NCBI GenBank assembly: GCA_038063875.1
Contig: JBBTUH010000002.1
Span: 78,451-142,450 of the forward strand
DNA length: 64,000 nucleotides
Origin: Patescibacteria group bacterium
Lineage (GTDB): Bacteria; Patescibacteriota; Microgenomatia; UBA10105; UBA927
Direction: 5' to 3'
The notes beneath the pieces were generated by a model, which worked only from the letters and a program-made list of their open reading frames with translations, ran no database searches and had not been told where the DNA came from. This document shows positions 17,708 through 27,669 of this stretch, piece after piece. A program made the position numbers and the translations under genes. Every line of letters starts with the position of its first letter. The first letter of the stretch is position 1.

Positions 17708-19333
17708 TTATTCTGCTATTCGTATCGCTTCAAACCCGTCCAGATATGAAATTCTGTATATGGGGTCTGTATTAATTTCTCGCGGTGTTCCCACATACAA
17801 AATTGAACCGTCGTGCAATTCATTGGCCCAGTTAATAGGCCGAAATTCATATATATCAAATTTATTTCTCACCTCAGCAAATCCTCCTGATGCTGTGCCC
17901 CCTTCTTTTAGATACATAATGGGATCATATTTCATAAAAAATAAATAAAACATATGTGGCTGCTCAAGCTTGGTTGACACGACTATTTTTTTATATTTAT
18001 TCTTGTGGGACTCGGTATACTCCACGGCTTGTTTGTATCCATACTGCCAAAACTTGGAATACTCGCGATTTGTGTGCCCGAAATACATGTCAACGTAATA
18101 GCCAATGGTACAAACAATGAATAGACTATAAAGACCGACTCCAAACAAAACAAACAAACGCAAAGGTATTTTTATTTTTTTTGTTGCATCGATAAAATGT
18201 TTGTATATACCAAAAAGTCCAAATGCCGTGAATATCTGCACCAGTGGCAATGTGACAAGTGTTCGAATAGCATGCGGAGTCTCTGACGTTGGAGAAGCGG
18301 CAATTGGAGCGATAAGAAGCCATCCAAATAAGAATGTTTTAAGCTTGCCATCTCGTTTTGCGACCACAACCATACCGTAAAGGAGAAACGGCAACTCCCA
18401 AAGATACATAAGTCCCACATCTGGAGCATGATGCCTGTCATTGTCCCCAGTCAAAAACAACCACTTCAAAGAAAAATGTGACAAATAGCCGTCTGCCATG
18501 GTCTTTATATACACCAAACGTCTATTTTCCCAAATAACGCCGAGATAATCGCCTTGTTTGATATCAGTTTCCAGCCTCGATACGCTTCGAGCAAGTAATC
18601 CTGTTTGATCAGACAAGGTACTAGTGCCTTGTAACCTCGTCAGACCATCTTTTCCAAACACAACAGGTATCAATGGTCCCACGATGATAAACCCAACCAC
18701 GAGCGATGTGAGCAAAAACTTCCATTGAGAAAAAAACTCTTTCCGGTATATGAAAAACAATAAAAGCATCAAAAGCGGCAAAAATACACGTTCACTATGA
18801 TATGCATAAAATCCAAACCCTAAGATACCTGCCGCAAGCGGCATCCATCTACCGTTTTGCAATGATTTCAAAAGGAAATATATGCCCCATATATTGAGTG
18901 TGACACCTATATTTGCTTCAAATGCTATACGAGAAAACTGTATGTGCCATGGAGAAATAGCCAAAAGAAACATAGCTATAAACGATAAGCTAATATTATT
19001 TGTAAGCGCGCGTGTCAAGAAATACGTTCCCAACACACCAAGCGTTCCGATAACAGCCGCCGGCACACGCACGGCAAAGGTAGAGAGACCAAAAAGTTTT
19101 ATCGATGGTATCGTAAGATACGCATAAAGAGGCGGCTTATAATCATCATATGATCGAAGTGTAAGCGGCCATCGAGTACCATATTCGTCCTTGCCAGTTT
19201 TAAGCAGTGAATATGCGTTGTATCCTAATGCCGCTTCATCCCAGTCAGGACTCGGTGGCACTTCACCTAAGCGCCAAAATCGCAAAAATGCAGCAAGAAA
19301 AAGAATGGTAAATAATAATGCTAATTTTTTCAT
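17708..19333 (-). CDS. PMT/ArnT-type (GT39-like) GT-C membrane glycosyltransferase (tandem paralog)
   Basis: The N-terminal motif is LAAFLRFWRLGEVPPSPDWDEAALGYNAYSLLKTGKDEYGTRWPL. It is co-linear with its neighbours. Confidence 0.65.
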   Translation of the reverse strand: MKKLALLFTILFLAAFLRFWRLGEVPPSPDWDEAALGYNAYSLLKTGKDEYGTRWPLTLRSYDDYKPPLYAYLTIPSIKLFGLSTFAVRVPAAVIGTLGVLGTYFLTRALTNNISLSFIAMFLLAISPWHIQFSRIAFEANIGVTLNIWGIYFLLKSLQNGRWMPLAAGILGFGFYAYHSERVFLPLLMLLLFFIYRKEFFSQWKFLLTSLVVGFIIVGPLIPVVFGKDGLTRLQGTSTLSDQTGLLARSVSRLETDIKQGDYLGVIWENRRLVYIKTMADGYLSHFSLKWLFLTGDNDRHHAPDVGLMYLWELPFLLYGMVVVAKRDGKLKTFLFGWLLIAPIAASPTSETPHAIRTLVTLPLVQIFTAFGLFGIYKHFIDATKKIKIPLRLFVLFGVGLYSLFIVCTIGYYVDMYFGHTNREYSKFWQYGYKQAVEYTESHKNKYKKIVVSTKLEQPHMFYLFFMKYDPIMYLKEGGTASGGFAEVRNKFDIYEFRPINWANELHDGSILYVGTPREINTDPIYRISYLDGFEAIRIAE

Positions 19334-20934
19334 AACTCAAATATCACAAGAACAGTAGTACCGTTTAATAACGATATATTTTTCAACACTCGAGCGTGTG
19401 TCGGTACTTGGTTAGGTGGCAGTATATATAATACACGGCCTATATACGTCTCATCGAAATGTCTGACGAAGCGATAGTTACCAAATCTATACACATTATA
19501 AAAACCTTCAGCGTCAAACGAGGCATTATTGGTTTGTAGAAAAAATGAAAGGTCATATGTACCATAAAATAACGTATAAATATATGGTCTGCCTATGCTC
19601 TCTGTAAGTACAATCACATCGTAAGTATCCTTGACGCTCTCGGCGTACTGAATTGCTTCTCTGTATCCATACTGCCATTCACCAGAATATTCTTTCGTAT
19701 AATGCACTGTATATGTATGCCAAAAATACCCAAAATTAAACAGAACAAAAAAACATATGACGCTTGCGACTATAATTTGCCATATTTTTTTTCTGATAAC
19801 ACTAAGAAATGACACCATGCCGTAGGCTGTAATCATGATCCATACTGGGAGCCCATTTTCTACACGTAATGCATGTGGCGTCTCTCGAGCCACTGCTGCG
19901 GGTGCAACGGATGAGAGTAACCACCACAACAAAAGAAAGCCAATGGAGGGCATACGAGCAAAAAGTATCAACCAACCATACAATATAAATGGCGCAGTAA
20001 CCAAGAGTAATTGACCAGTATCCTGTATCGAAAACTTTGGATTACCATCGCCCTTTATAAAAAGAAATCGAGGCTCAAGGTTATCAAAAAAATGAATCAA
20101 ATATTCTCGTCCGTATCCTATACGTCTATTATGAACGATCTTTGACCACAACGAATTCCCATCTGACAGACTTCTTGCGTTCGCGGTAAGTATGACTTTA
20201 AGATCTGTGAATATACTCACCTCTTGAAATCGAAGTCTGGCATTGCTTGAGAGAAGGTGGGGCATAAGCGGAATGAGTACAATGACCGCAATGACTATCC
20301 CACGAAATACCGCCGACGTACCCTTTCTATAGGATCGCCATGAAAACAAAACTGTTCCAAGTGCTATAAGCGGACCTGCGTAGCGAGCGGAATTAAACGT
20401 ATACATTCCAGCTATAAATGGCAACAATGCATACAACAATACTGTCGTATTGCTTCGTGATACCAAAAGAAGATATACCCCAAGAGTAATAAAAAATGTT
20501 GCAATGTTTGCTTCAAAGCCTGCCCGAGAAAGCATGATGTGCCAAGGCGAAATAGATAAAAGAAATGCGCTTAAAAGAGCAAGTCTTTGATTGGAGAACA
20601 GTTCTCTCACAAGAAAATATAAGAGCAAAACGGTAAGTGATCCAAAAATCGCTGACGGCAATCGGACAGCCATATCTGATAATCCAAATACTGCGACAAA
20701 TGGTACGGTAAGATACACAGGAAGTGTCGGTTTATAATCACCAAATGCAGAAAAAGCACCCAATGGGAAGCGCGTACCATGCTCATCCGCGCCATGGGTC
20801 AAAATTGTATACGCGTTATACCCTATAGACACCTCATCCCAAGAGAGTGAAGGAGGGTTCGTGCTCAGGTGAGAGAAGCGAAGCCACATTCCCAACGCAA
20901 AAATAAGAATGAGTATGGTACGCGTTACTTTCAT
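19330..20934 (-). CDS. PMT/ArnT-type (GT39-like) GT-C membrane glycosyltransferase (tandem paralog)
   Basis: The N-terminal motif is PPSLSWDEVSIGYNAYTILTHGADEHGTRFPL. The C-terminal segment GEWQYGYREAIQYAE is shared with the other paralogs. Confidence 0.65.
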   Translation of the reverse strand: MKVTRTILILIFALGMWLRFSHLSTNPPSLSWDEVSIGYNAYTILTHGADEHGTRFPLGAFSAFGDYKPTLPVYLTVPFVAVFGLSDMAVRLPSAIFGSLTVLLLYFLVRELFSNQRLALLSAFLLSISPWHIMLSRAGFEANIATFFITLGVYLLLVSRSNTTVLLYALLPFIAGMYTFNSARYAGPLIALGTVLFSWRSYRKGTSAVFRGIVIAVIVLIPLMPHLLSSNARLRFQEVSIFTDLKVILTANARSLSDGNSLWSKIVHNRRIGYGREYLIHFFDNLEPRFLFIKGDGNPKFSIQDTGQLLLVTAPFILYGWLILFARMPSIGFLLLWWLLSSVAPAAVARETPHALRVENGLPVWIMITAYGMVSFLSVIRKKIWQIIVASVICFFVLFNFGYFWHTYTVHYTKEYSGEWQYGYREAIQYAESVKDTYDVIVLTESIGRPYIYTLFYGTYDLSFFLQTNNASFDAEGFYNVYRFGNYRFVRHFDETYIGRVLYILPPNQVPTHARVLKNISLLNGTTVLVIFEL

Positions 20935-22220
20935 AGATGTTCTGTATGTATCTCATCCATAAACAGTATCCCTGCTACGAGAAAAACAAGCGAAATATAT
21001 CCGACATGACTATTGTTAAAGTATCTACTCATATACCAAAATACCGTTAGAAACGTACCGTATGAAAATAAAAGCGTAGAAATAGCGGGTTTTAGCCATA
21101 ACCACCGCAAGAGTATGAAAAGTAATGGGAATCCGAATATAAGCTGGTAAAGATAAAATGGGTATTGCGCATGTATATCTTTGATAACACCTGCGTTATA
21201 AAGCACCATACTCAAGCCATACCCTGATACAGGGTAGCTCCCGACTGTGCCGCCAGTAAGATACAAAACAACACTATCTATAAACGCTTTTGCATCCCAC
21301 CAGAGAAATGGCGCAGAGAGTAAAAACGTTGTTGCTAAGAGCACGCTAAGGGACATCCATAATTTTGCTTTATATTTGCCATATGTGACGAACATATACG
21401 TAAGATAAAATGGCACCATTATCCAAATCGTTTGTTTACTCATAATGGAGAGACCAAAAACAAACGCCGCGAGTACAGGCTTTTTTACTGACAAGATATA
21501 TAACGATAACACTAGCCAAAAAAATGCAAAAACGTCACTTCTGCCCTCGAGAAAATAATTAAATACAGACGGCGAAAGTGCTACAAGAATTACTGCAAAT
21601 CGCTTGAGATTTCTATTCTTCACCCAATTCCAAAGAATAATTTGCAATCCTAACATACAAAACAACAACGCCATACGCGCATCAAAAAATCCAAATACTT
21701 TCACTCCTACTACATAAAATCCAAAGGGAAACAAAAGATACCACGGCGGCATCACAAAATGATATAAAGCAGGATTGATAGCTTTCGGATTATCGATCTC
21801 ACCATAGTTAAATGACTCAACAGGCGTGCCAAAGTACGTCTCCTTATACGGATTTCTTCCTTGCAAAAGATATCGAAGTGCTGCCTCTTCCTGAAGAATA
21901 ATATCATGTACTCCCCACACGGGTGCTACGCGATATCGATCAACCATCGCAGTGATAGAGGTACCAATAACAACTATGATCAAAACAATCAAGATGAGTA
22001 TGTCTCGAGCTCTCTCTATTAGCGCATTGGTTTTTACAAAAATCATAGATCTATGCGCAAGTAACACATTTAACACTAATACCAGAAACAACAACCCAAA
22101 CAGCCAATAGGGTGTACCATCAATCGGAAGGATGCGGTATTGCATCACAACAGGGATGGAGAGTGCAAAAAGAAGAACTGCATCTATAATTGGTGGCATA
22201 ATAGTTCTATTGTATCCCAA
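20931..22220 (-). CDS. Polytopic membrane protein of about 429 aa, putative membrane glycosyltransferase
   Basis: It is hydrophobic throughout. The segment NYFLEGRSDVFAFFWLVLSLYIL aligns with the ..HND.. segment of genes 12079..13179 and 47690..48772. Confidence 0.4.
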   Translation of the reverse strand: MGYNRTIMPPIIDAVLLFALSIPVVMQYRILPIDGTPYWLFGLLFLVLVLNVLLAHRSMIFVKTNALIERARDILILIVLIIVVIGTSITAMVDRYRVAPVWGVHDIILQEEAALRYLLQGRNPYKETYFGTPVESFNYGEIDNPKAINPALYHFVMPPWYLLFPFGFYVVGVKVFGFFDARMALLFCMLGLQIILWNWVKNRNLKRFAVILVALSPSVFNYFLEGRSDVFAFFWLVLSLYILSVKKPVLAAFVFGLSIMSKQTIWIMVPFYLTYMFVTYGKYKAKLWMSLSVLLATTFLLSAPFLWWDAKAFIDSVVLYLTGGTVGSYPVSGYGLSMVLYNAGVIKDIHAQYPFYLYQLIFGFPLLFILLRWLWLKPAISTLLFSYGTFLTVFWYMSRYFNNSHVGYISLVFLVAGILFMDEIHTEHL

Positions 22221-23700
22221 ACAACACTATAACATCGTCAATTTTTACTACACGCGTCTTATACTTGTAAAGATCTACTATCGGATAGTCCCCTTTACAA
22301 TGATCTTCATTGCAAAATGTTTGTATCTTGTCTCCATGATCAATAAAAGGACATACGTTGGACTCGCATACAAGCACAATGTGATTATCACTGCCTGTTA
22401 TTTTCTCGGCGTTGATTCGCGCCATCTTAAATCCTGCACGATAATGCAAATCAGAAAACGACGGTGATGCTGCCAAGCCGAAGCTAAATGCTTCATTCCC
22501 CAATTCCTTTTTCACGACATCTACCACCGCACGCACACGACCAATATCATTGCGAGGCGGTGTCGTGTACACAAGACCAACACTTCGATATACGCTTATT
22601 GCGCATAATACAAAAAGCCCAATATATACAAATGGTTTTATAGATTGTCGAGCTCCTATGACTTCTATCCAGTGTCCGATGACTATATATGCTGTCGGAG
22701 TCAAAAAATATAAATAATGATCGTACACAACGCCTTTGTACAGTGAGAGTGCACCGACCCCGCAAACAAATGATAAAAACATAAGTATCGAAAAAACATC
22801 TCTTTTAAGAAGTACCCAAAGCGTCGTTAAAAATATTATACTCATCGCACCAATGGGAATACCTAACGACACCGGCGATACGCGACCCATGACACGATTG
22901 GCATAATCAATAAAATTAAACACTATTTGTCGTTTCCCCATGGGTAATCCAGTCGGCTGAAGAAACTGCGTAATCACACTTCCCAAATTTTCAAAATTAT
23001 GAGCCAATTCGTAATAAAGAAATGGTAAAATCATAATGACAAATGTCAAACCCCACACGCCTATTATGCGTATCAGAATAAACCAACGCGGCCGATGTAT
23101 ATACCAAAAAATAAAAATTACAACACCGGAAAGCGGCACGAACAATAAATTTGGATAATGAAGCTGTACAAGAATGCCCGTTGATAGTGAAAGAAGCACG
23201 CTTCCCAAAAGCCACTTCTTTGTACGAAACAGCACCGCGACCCCAAGGATAAACATCATCGCAAAAACCGAAACCAAATTAGGCTCCCAAAGAAATCGAT
23301 CTGAAGCGACACCCATCGGGTTAAAAGCCCAAAGCATCGTCAAAAAAATTGCCACTACGCTCGTAAACAACAACCGAAACGTCAAAAATGCAACAACTAT
23401 TCCTACAAGTCCGTAAAATACGGTAGCATACGCACCCGATACCAAATCAAATCTAGTCATGATAAGAAACGGCGCTATCAAAAAATAATACGCAGGTCCT
23501 AAATACTGACCACTTAAAACTGTCGGACCCACCAATGGGATAGTTTTGGCTTGCCATGCATCATAGACATGAATAACTGTCCTCCCTTGGTCACCAAAAA
23601 ACTCCGTTGCTTCTTTAATATGTGATAATCGCAGTACGAACGAAACCAAAAGAAGTATTATAATAAGGATAGTTGATATACTCATCTGCCGCATACGCAT
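22207..23700 (-). CDS. ArnT/PMT_2-like GT-C membrane glycosyltransferase
   Basis: The N-terminal motif is EATEFFGDQGRTVIHVYDAWQ...GPTVLSGQYLGPAYYFLIAPF, paralogous to gene 49567..51126 (FLGDEGRD...GPTASVGGFFLGPMYYYFMMPF). Its ATG at 23700..23698 overlaps the divergent plus-strand start codon. Confidence 0.55.
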   Translation of the reverse strand: MRMRQMSISTILIIILLLVSFVLRLSHIKEATEFFGDQGRTVIHVYDAWQAKTIPLVGPTVLSGQYLGPAYYFLIAPFLIMTRFDLVSGAYATVFYGLVGIVVAFLTFRLLFTSVVAIFLTMLWAFNPMGVASDRFLWEPNLVSVFAMMFILGVAVLFRTKKWLLGSVLLSLSTGILVQLHYPNLLFVPLSGVVIFIFWYIHRPRWFILIRIIGVWGLTFVIMILPFLYYELAHNFENLGSVITQFLQPTGLPMGKRQIVFNFIDYANRVMGRVSPVSLGIPIGAMSIIFLTTLWVLLKRDVFSILMFLSFVCGVGALSLYKGVVYDHYLYFLTPTAYIVIGHWIEVIGARQSIKPFVYIGLFVLCAISVYRSVGLVYTTPPRNDIGRVRAVVDVVKKELGNEAFSFGLAASPSFSDLHYRAGFKMARINAEKITGSDNHIVLVCESNVCPFIDHGDKIQTFCNEDHCKGDYPIVDLYKYKTRVVKIDDVIVLFGIQ

Positions 23701-25339
23701 GAACTCATTAAAGCACTATTTGGTAATACTGACAATCTCAGCTCTTCCGCTTCTGTCGATGTTTTTGACTAAAGACATGCCACACACGCATGATGGACCG
23801 GTTCATTTAGCTCGCATTGCTTCCTATTATAAAGAGTTGTCATACGGTCAAATACCTCCTCGCTGGGCTAGCGAACTTAATTATGCCTATGGCATGCCTC
23901 TTTTTAACTTCATGTATCACCTTCCGTACCTTATCGCATCCATACCCGTATATTTTTCGTTAGGTCTTGTTCTCTCATTTAAACTCTCACTTTTTTTGAG
24001 TTTTCTCCTCTCAGGAATTGGCATGTTTCTTTTTGCAAAGAAGCTATTTAACGATACCGCACGCGCCTATCTTGTGACACTGCTGTATCAATTCGCACCA
24101 TTTCATCTTGTAGAATTTGTCGTCCGTGGAAGTATCGGTGAAGCATATACATACTCATTTTTACCATTTGTACTTCATGGTATTCTCCTTCTTGGTGAGC
24201 GCTCGAGTATAAAGCGCAGTATGTATGTAGGTATCAGCACGGCGCTTTTGATTCTGTCTCACAATGCGATAAGCTTGGTGAGTTTCACAGTTGCAGTACT
24301 TTTTTCATTGTGGCTAACTCCCAAAAAATCCCGCTTCATCGTATTTCTATCACTATTTTTCGCAGTGATGATCACCGCATTTTATTGGATGCCGGCAGTA
24401 TTTGAACGCAAGTATACGTACGGCGATCTTTTTATGAAAGATATGTACAAGTCTCACTTTGCGCCTCTGTTAAACTTTTTTACTCCCAATTTCACAAATG
24501 ACAGCGCTCGACAAACAGGCGGCATCACTGTGTATCTAGGACTCATACAGAGCATGGTAGTTTTACTCGGTACATATCTTCTCATCTTTAAAAAAATAAA
24601 GAATCGCATGGCATTTTCTCTCACGCTTTTTAGCCTTCTGGTTATCATGGGAAGTATGTTTTTCATGCAACCAGCATCAGCCTTTCTATGGGCTCGCATT
24701 TCCGTACTGCGCATGTTTCAGTTTCCATGGCGACTCCTGTCTGTGGTAGGACTCGGCACGGCACTTCTTGGCGGGCTTATCGTATTCCGTGACAAAAAAA
24801 TACACATAAAAATAATCGCAATACTCTCTCTTGTCACGGTAAGTACGACACTTGTATTTTGGAAACCTCCATTAGGATATGACAAAATCACAGAATCTGA
24901 TTATTGGAATTACCCCCTCAACACCACATACTTTGGTGAAACTGATTTGATTTGGTCAGACGGACCAGCTTCATCGTATCCTACTGCACCCTTTGAACTC
25001 ATTGATGGAAAAGGCAGTATTACAAATATATATAAAAAAAGCATTCATCATTCATTTACCATAAACGCAGAAACGCTCGTGCAAATTCTTGATCATACAC
25101 AGTATTTCCCTGGGTGGCGGGTCTTTGTTGATGACGTAAAAACGCCTATTGAGTTTCAGGACCAAAACCACAGAGGACGAATAACATTTACTGTCCCAAA
25201 AGGCATACATACGGTACGCGTTGAATTTGGCAGCTCACCGATTCGCACAATCGGCAATGTGTTAAGCATTCTCTCTGGCATCATTGGATTACTGCTTTAC
25301 GTTTTCTTTAAAAAAAGACATACGAAAAAAGGATCATGA
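23699..25339 (+). CDS. Large polytopic membrane protein, PF10131-like putative GT-C glycosyltransferase (paralog)
   Basis: The N-terminal motif is MPHTHDGPVHLARIASYYKELSYGQIPPRWASELNYAYGMPLFNFMYHLPY. Confidence 0.6.
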   Translation: MNSLKHYLVILTISALPLLSMFLTKDMPHTHDGPVHLARIASYYKELSYGQIPPRWASELNYAYGMPLFNFMYHLPYLIASIPVYFSLGLVLSFKLSLFLSFLLSGIGMFLFAKKLFNDTARAYLVTLLYQFAPFHLVEFVVRGSIGEAYTYSFLPFVLHGILLLGERSSIKRSMYVGISTALLILSHNAISLVSFTVAVLFSLWLTPKKSRFIVFLSLFFAVMITAFYWMPAVFERKYTYGDLFMKDMYKSHFAPLLNFFTPNFTNDSARQTGGITVYLGLIQSMVVLLGTYLLIFKKIKNRMAFSLTLFSLLVIMGSMFFMQPASAFLWARISVLRMFQFPWRLLSVVGLGTALLGGLIVFRDKKIHIKIIAILSLVTVSTTLVFWKPPLGYDKITESDYWNYPLNTTYFGETDLIWSDGPASSYPTAPFELIDGKGSITNIYKKSIHHSFTINAETLVQILDHTQYFPGWRVFVDDVKTPIEFQDQNHRGRITFTVPKGIHTVRVEFGSSPIRTIGNVLSILSGIIGLLLYVFFKKRHTKKGS

Positions 25340-27669
25340 AAAAAAACGACATTCTCATCGGACTCTCCATAAGCATCCTTCTTGTAAGTATTCTCTTTTT
25401 CAAATCCATTACTCGCGGCTATATTCCATTCCCAGCTGACGCACTCCTTTCCGACTTCAAACCGTGGCAAGTGACCGCATACGATGGATATGGTGCTGGG
25501 GGTATCCCTAACAAAGCACAATATCCTGATGTCATTCGACAGCTCTACCCATGGCGCATGGAAGCGATACGTCAATGGAAAGAAGGAAGTATACCACTGT
25601 GGAATCCGTATAGTTTTTCAGGCACGCCGCTTCTTGCGAATTTTCAATCAGCCAGCCTCTATCCTTTCAACAGTCTATTTTTCATCTTCAGTGAAGAAAC
25701 TGCATGGACACTCCTTGTAGGATTACAACCATTCCTTGCAATATTTTTTACCTATCTATACTTGCGAAGCATCAAGGCGAGTGTCTTGGCGTCTGTATTT
25801 GGCGCGGTGTCCTATGGCATAAGCGGGTTCATGACTGTATGGCTTGAGTACAATACCGTCGGACATATTATGGCGTGGTTTCCACTTGGTCTGTATGCAA
25901 TTGAGCATTTTAGTCCTACGTGGCTCACCATTTCCATCACACTTTCTTTACTATCTGGTCATCCACAAATTGCAATCTACGCGATTATATTTATGACAGT
26001 GTATGCCTCGTTTCGAACAAAACCAAGAGATAAAATGTACGCGTTTTTCAGTATTCTTTTAGGATTTGGTATATCAGCAATCCAGCTTTTACCAGGCATA
26101 GAACTTATCACCCACTCAGCACGCGCAAACCACACCTATGAACAAATGATGAAATCAATACTCATACAACCATGGCAAATTCTGATGACATTTTTCCCTA
26201 ATCTATTCGGCAATCCTGTATCGCGTACATATTGGCCGACAGATACCTACGTAGGAAAGGTAACATCTATAGGACTTGTTCCATTATTTTTTCTTTTGTC
26301 AGCAGTGCGACTGTATAAAGTCACACTCGTTCGCTTCTATATACTTTCACTTGTAATACTTGGAATATGTATAACAGCAAACCCCATTACCGCTATACTC
26401 TATGCATTCTCTATACCTGTCATATCATCAAGCAGTCCTACATTGATGATATTTTTATTTTCATTTAGTCTTTCGGTACTTGCAGCGCTTGGTATAGATG
26501 GATGGCAACAAGAGACACATAGTGTAAAAAAGCTTATCATTCGAGCAATCGAAGTATGTGTAGCAATATGTATCATCGCAAGCGCCTTTATATTTCTTCC
26601 GTCCCTTAAAACTCATGCGATAGTCGCTCTGCGTGCGCTTTTTTATGGCGGTGCTATCGCAGGAATAACTTTATGTATGTTTTATATAGCTATGCGATAT
26701 AAAAAATGGATGATTTCTGCATTATGGATACTTTTTATCATACATTTTTTTGATCTGTCATATGCATTTTTCAAATTTAATCCGTTTGTTCCAGTGTCCT
26801 ATATGTATCCTTCCCACGCCCTAAGCGTGTATCTTAAAAATCAAAAAATGCCACAACGATTTTGGGGGTATGGCACGGCAGCGATTGATGCAAATATTTC
26901 GACACTATGGAGTGTCTTTTCACCAAATGGCTATGATCCGTTGTATCCTAAATGGTACGGCGAATTCATTGGTGCCTCAAAAGATGGCAAACTTGTGCGT
27001 ACATTTGAAAACAATAATAGATCTGACGCAACTATCTCACCTGGGTTTGGAGAAACCGACTTTATAGAAAACGAATATCGAAAACAAATACTTCGATCAC
27101 TCGGTGTCTCAACGATTATTGATCGACAGGAAAACGGCACGAGTGAAAAAACATTTCCCCCAAAAAATTATTCACTCACCACAGTTTCTGACTGGCGTAT
27201 TTTCACAGATCGTGATGCACCCTCTATGGTACGCATCGCTACTGACGCAAAGCTTGCCAAAACAAAAGAAGATTTCGAACGTATTTTCTTTGCATCGTCA
27301 TTTCATGTAAAAGACGATGTGATCGTGCATGATGATACCATTCCAACGCTAACAGGCAACGGTGAGGCAGAAATTATCCAATACAAACCAAACTACATAG
27401 AGACAAAAACTCACACGACAAACGGGACGACGATGCTTGTCGTTTCAAGCACATATTACAATGGATGGAACGCATCTATCGATGGACTTGCCACATCACT
27501 GTATCGGGTCAACTGGACCATGATAGGCATCGTAGTACCACAAGGAGATCATACAGTTACCCTTTCCTATAACCCTCGCTCATTTACCATAGGCATATGG
27601 ATATCAATCTTGTCTTTGGGAATATTTATTGGTATGGTCGTTATTGCATACAAAAGGAGACGACCATGA
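25336..27669 (+). CDS. YfhO-family membrane protein (GT-C-like glycosyltransferase)
   Basis: The N-terminal segment RGYIPFPADALLSDFKPWQ...YPWRMEAIRQWKEGSIPLWNPYSFSGTPLLANFQSASLYPFN matches the YfhO N-terminus (KGYLPFGDQSLL...). The protein is 777 aa and polytopic. Confidence 0.65.
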   Translation: MKKNDILIGLSISILLVSILFFKSITRGYIPFPADALLSDFKPWQVTAYDGYGAGGIPNKAQYPDVIRQLYPWRMEAIRQWKEGSIPLWNPYSFSGTPLLANFQSASLYPFNSLFFIFSEETAWTLLVGLQPFLAIFFTYLYLRSIKASVLASVFGAVSYGISGFMTVWLEYNTVGHIMAWFPLGLYAIEHFSPTWLTISITLSLLSGHPQIAIYAIIFMTVYASFRTKPRDKMYAFFSILLGFGISAIQLLPGIELITHSARANHTYEQMMKSILIQPWQILMTFFPNLFGNPVSRTYWPTDTYVGKVTSIGLVPLFFLLSAVRLYKVTLVRFYILSLVILGICITANPITAILYAFSIPVISSSSPTLMIFLFSFSLSVLAALGIDGWQQETHSVKKLIIRAIEVCVAICIIASAFIFLPSLKTHAIVALRALFYGGAIAGITLCMFYIAMRYKKWMISALWILFIIHFFDLSYAFFKFNPFVPVSYMYPSHALSVYLKNQKMPQRFWGYGTAAIDANISTLWSVFSPNGYDPLYPKWYGEFIGASKDGKLVRTFENNNRSDATISPGFGETDFIENEYRKQILRSLGVSTIIDRQENGTSEKTFPPKNYSLTTVSDWRIFTDRDAPSMVRIATDAKLAKTKEDFERIFFASSFHVKDDVIVHDDTIPTLTGNGEAEIIQYKPNYIETKTHTTNGTTMLVVSSTYYNGWNASIDGLATSLYRVNWTMIGIVVPQGDHTVTLSYNPRSFTIGIWISILSLGIFIGMVVIAYKRRRP

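Noticed and set aside
25336-25352. Homopolymeric A8 and T8 tracts as phase-variation switches in surface-glycosylation genes (for example A8 right after the start codon at 25339..25346, and T8 at 541..548 and 18175..18182)
   Set aside because: Tracts of 8 are common by chance in a genome this AT-rich and are shorter than typical slipped-strand switches. Without population or read-level length variation there is no support.
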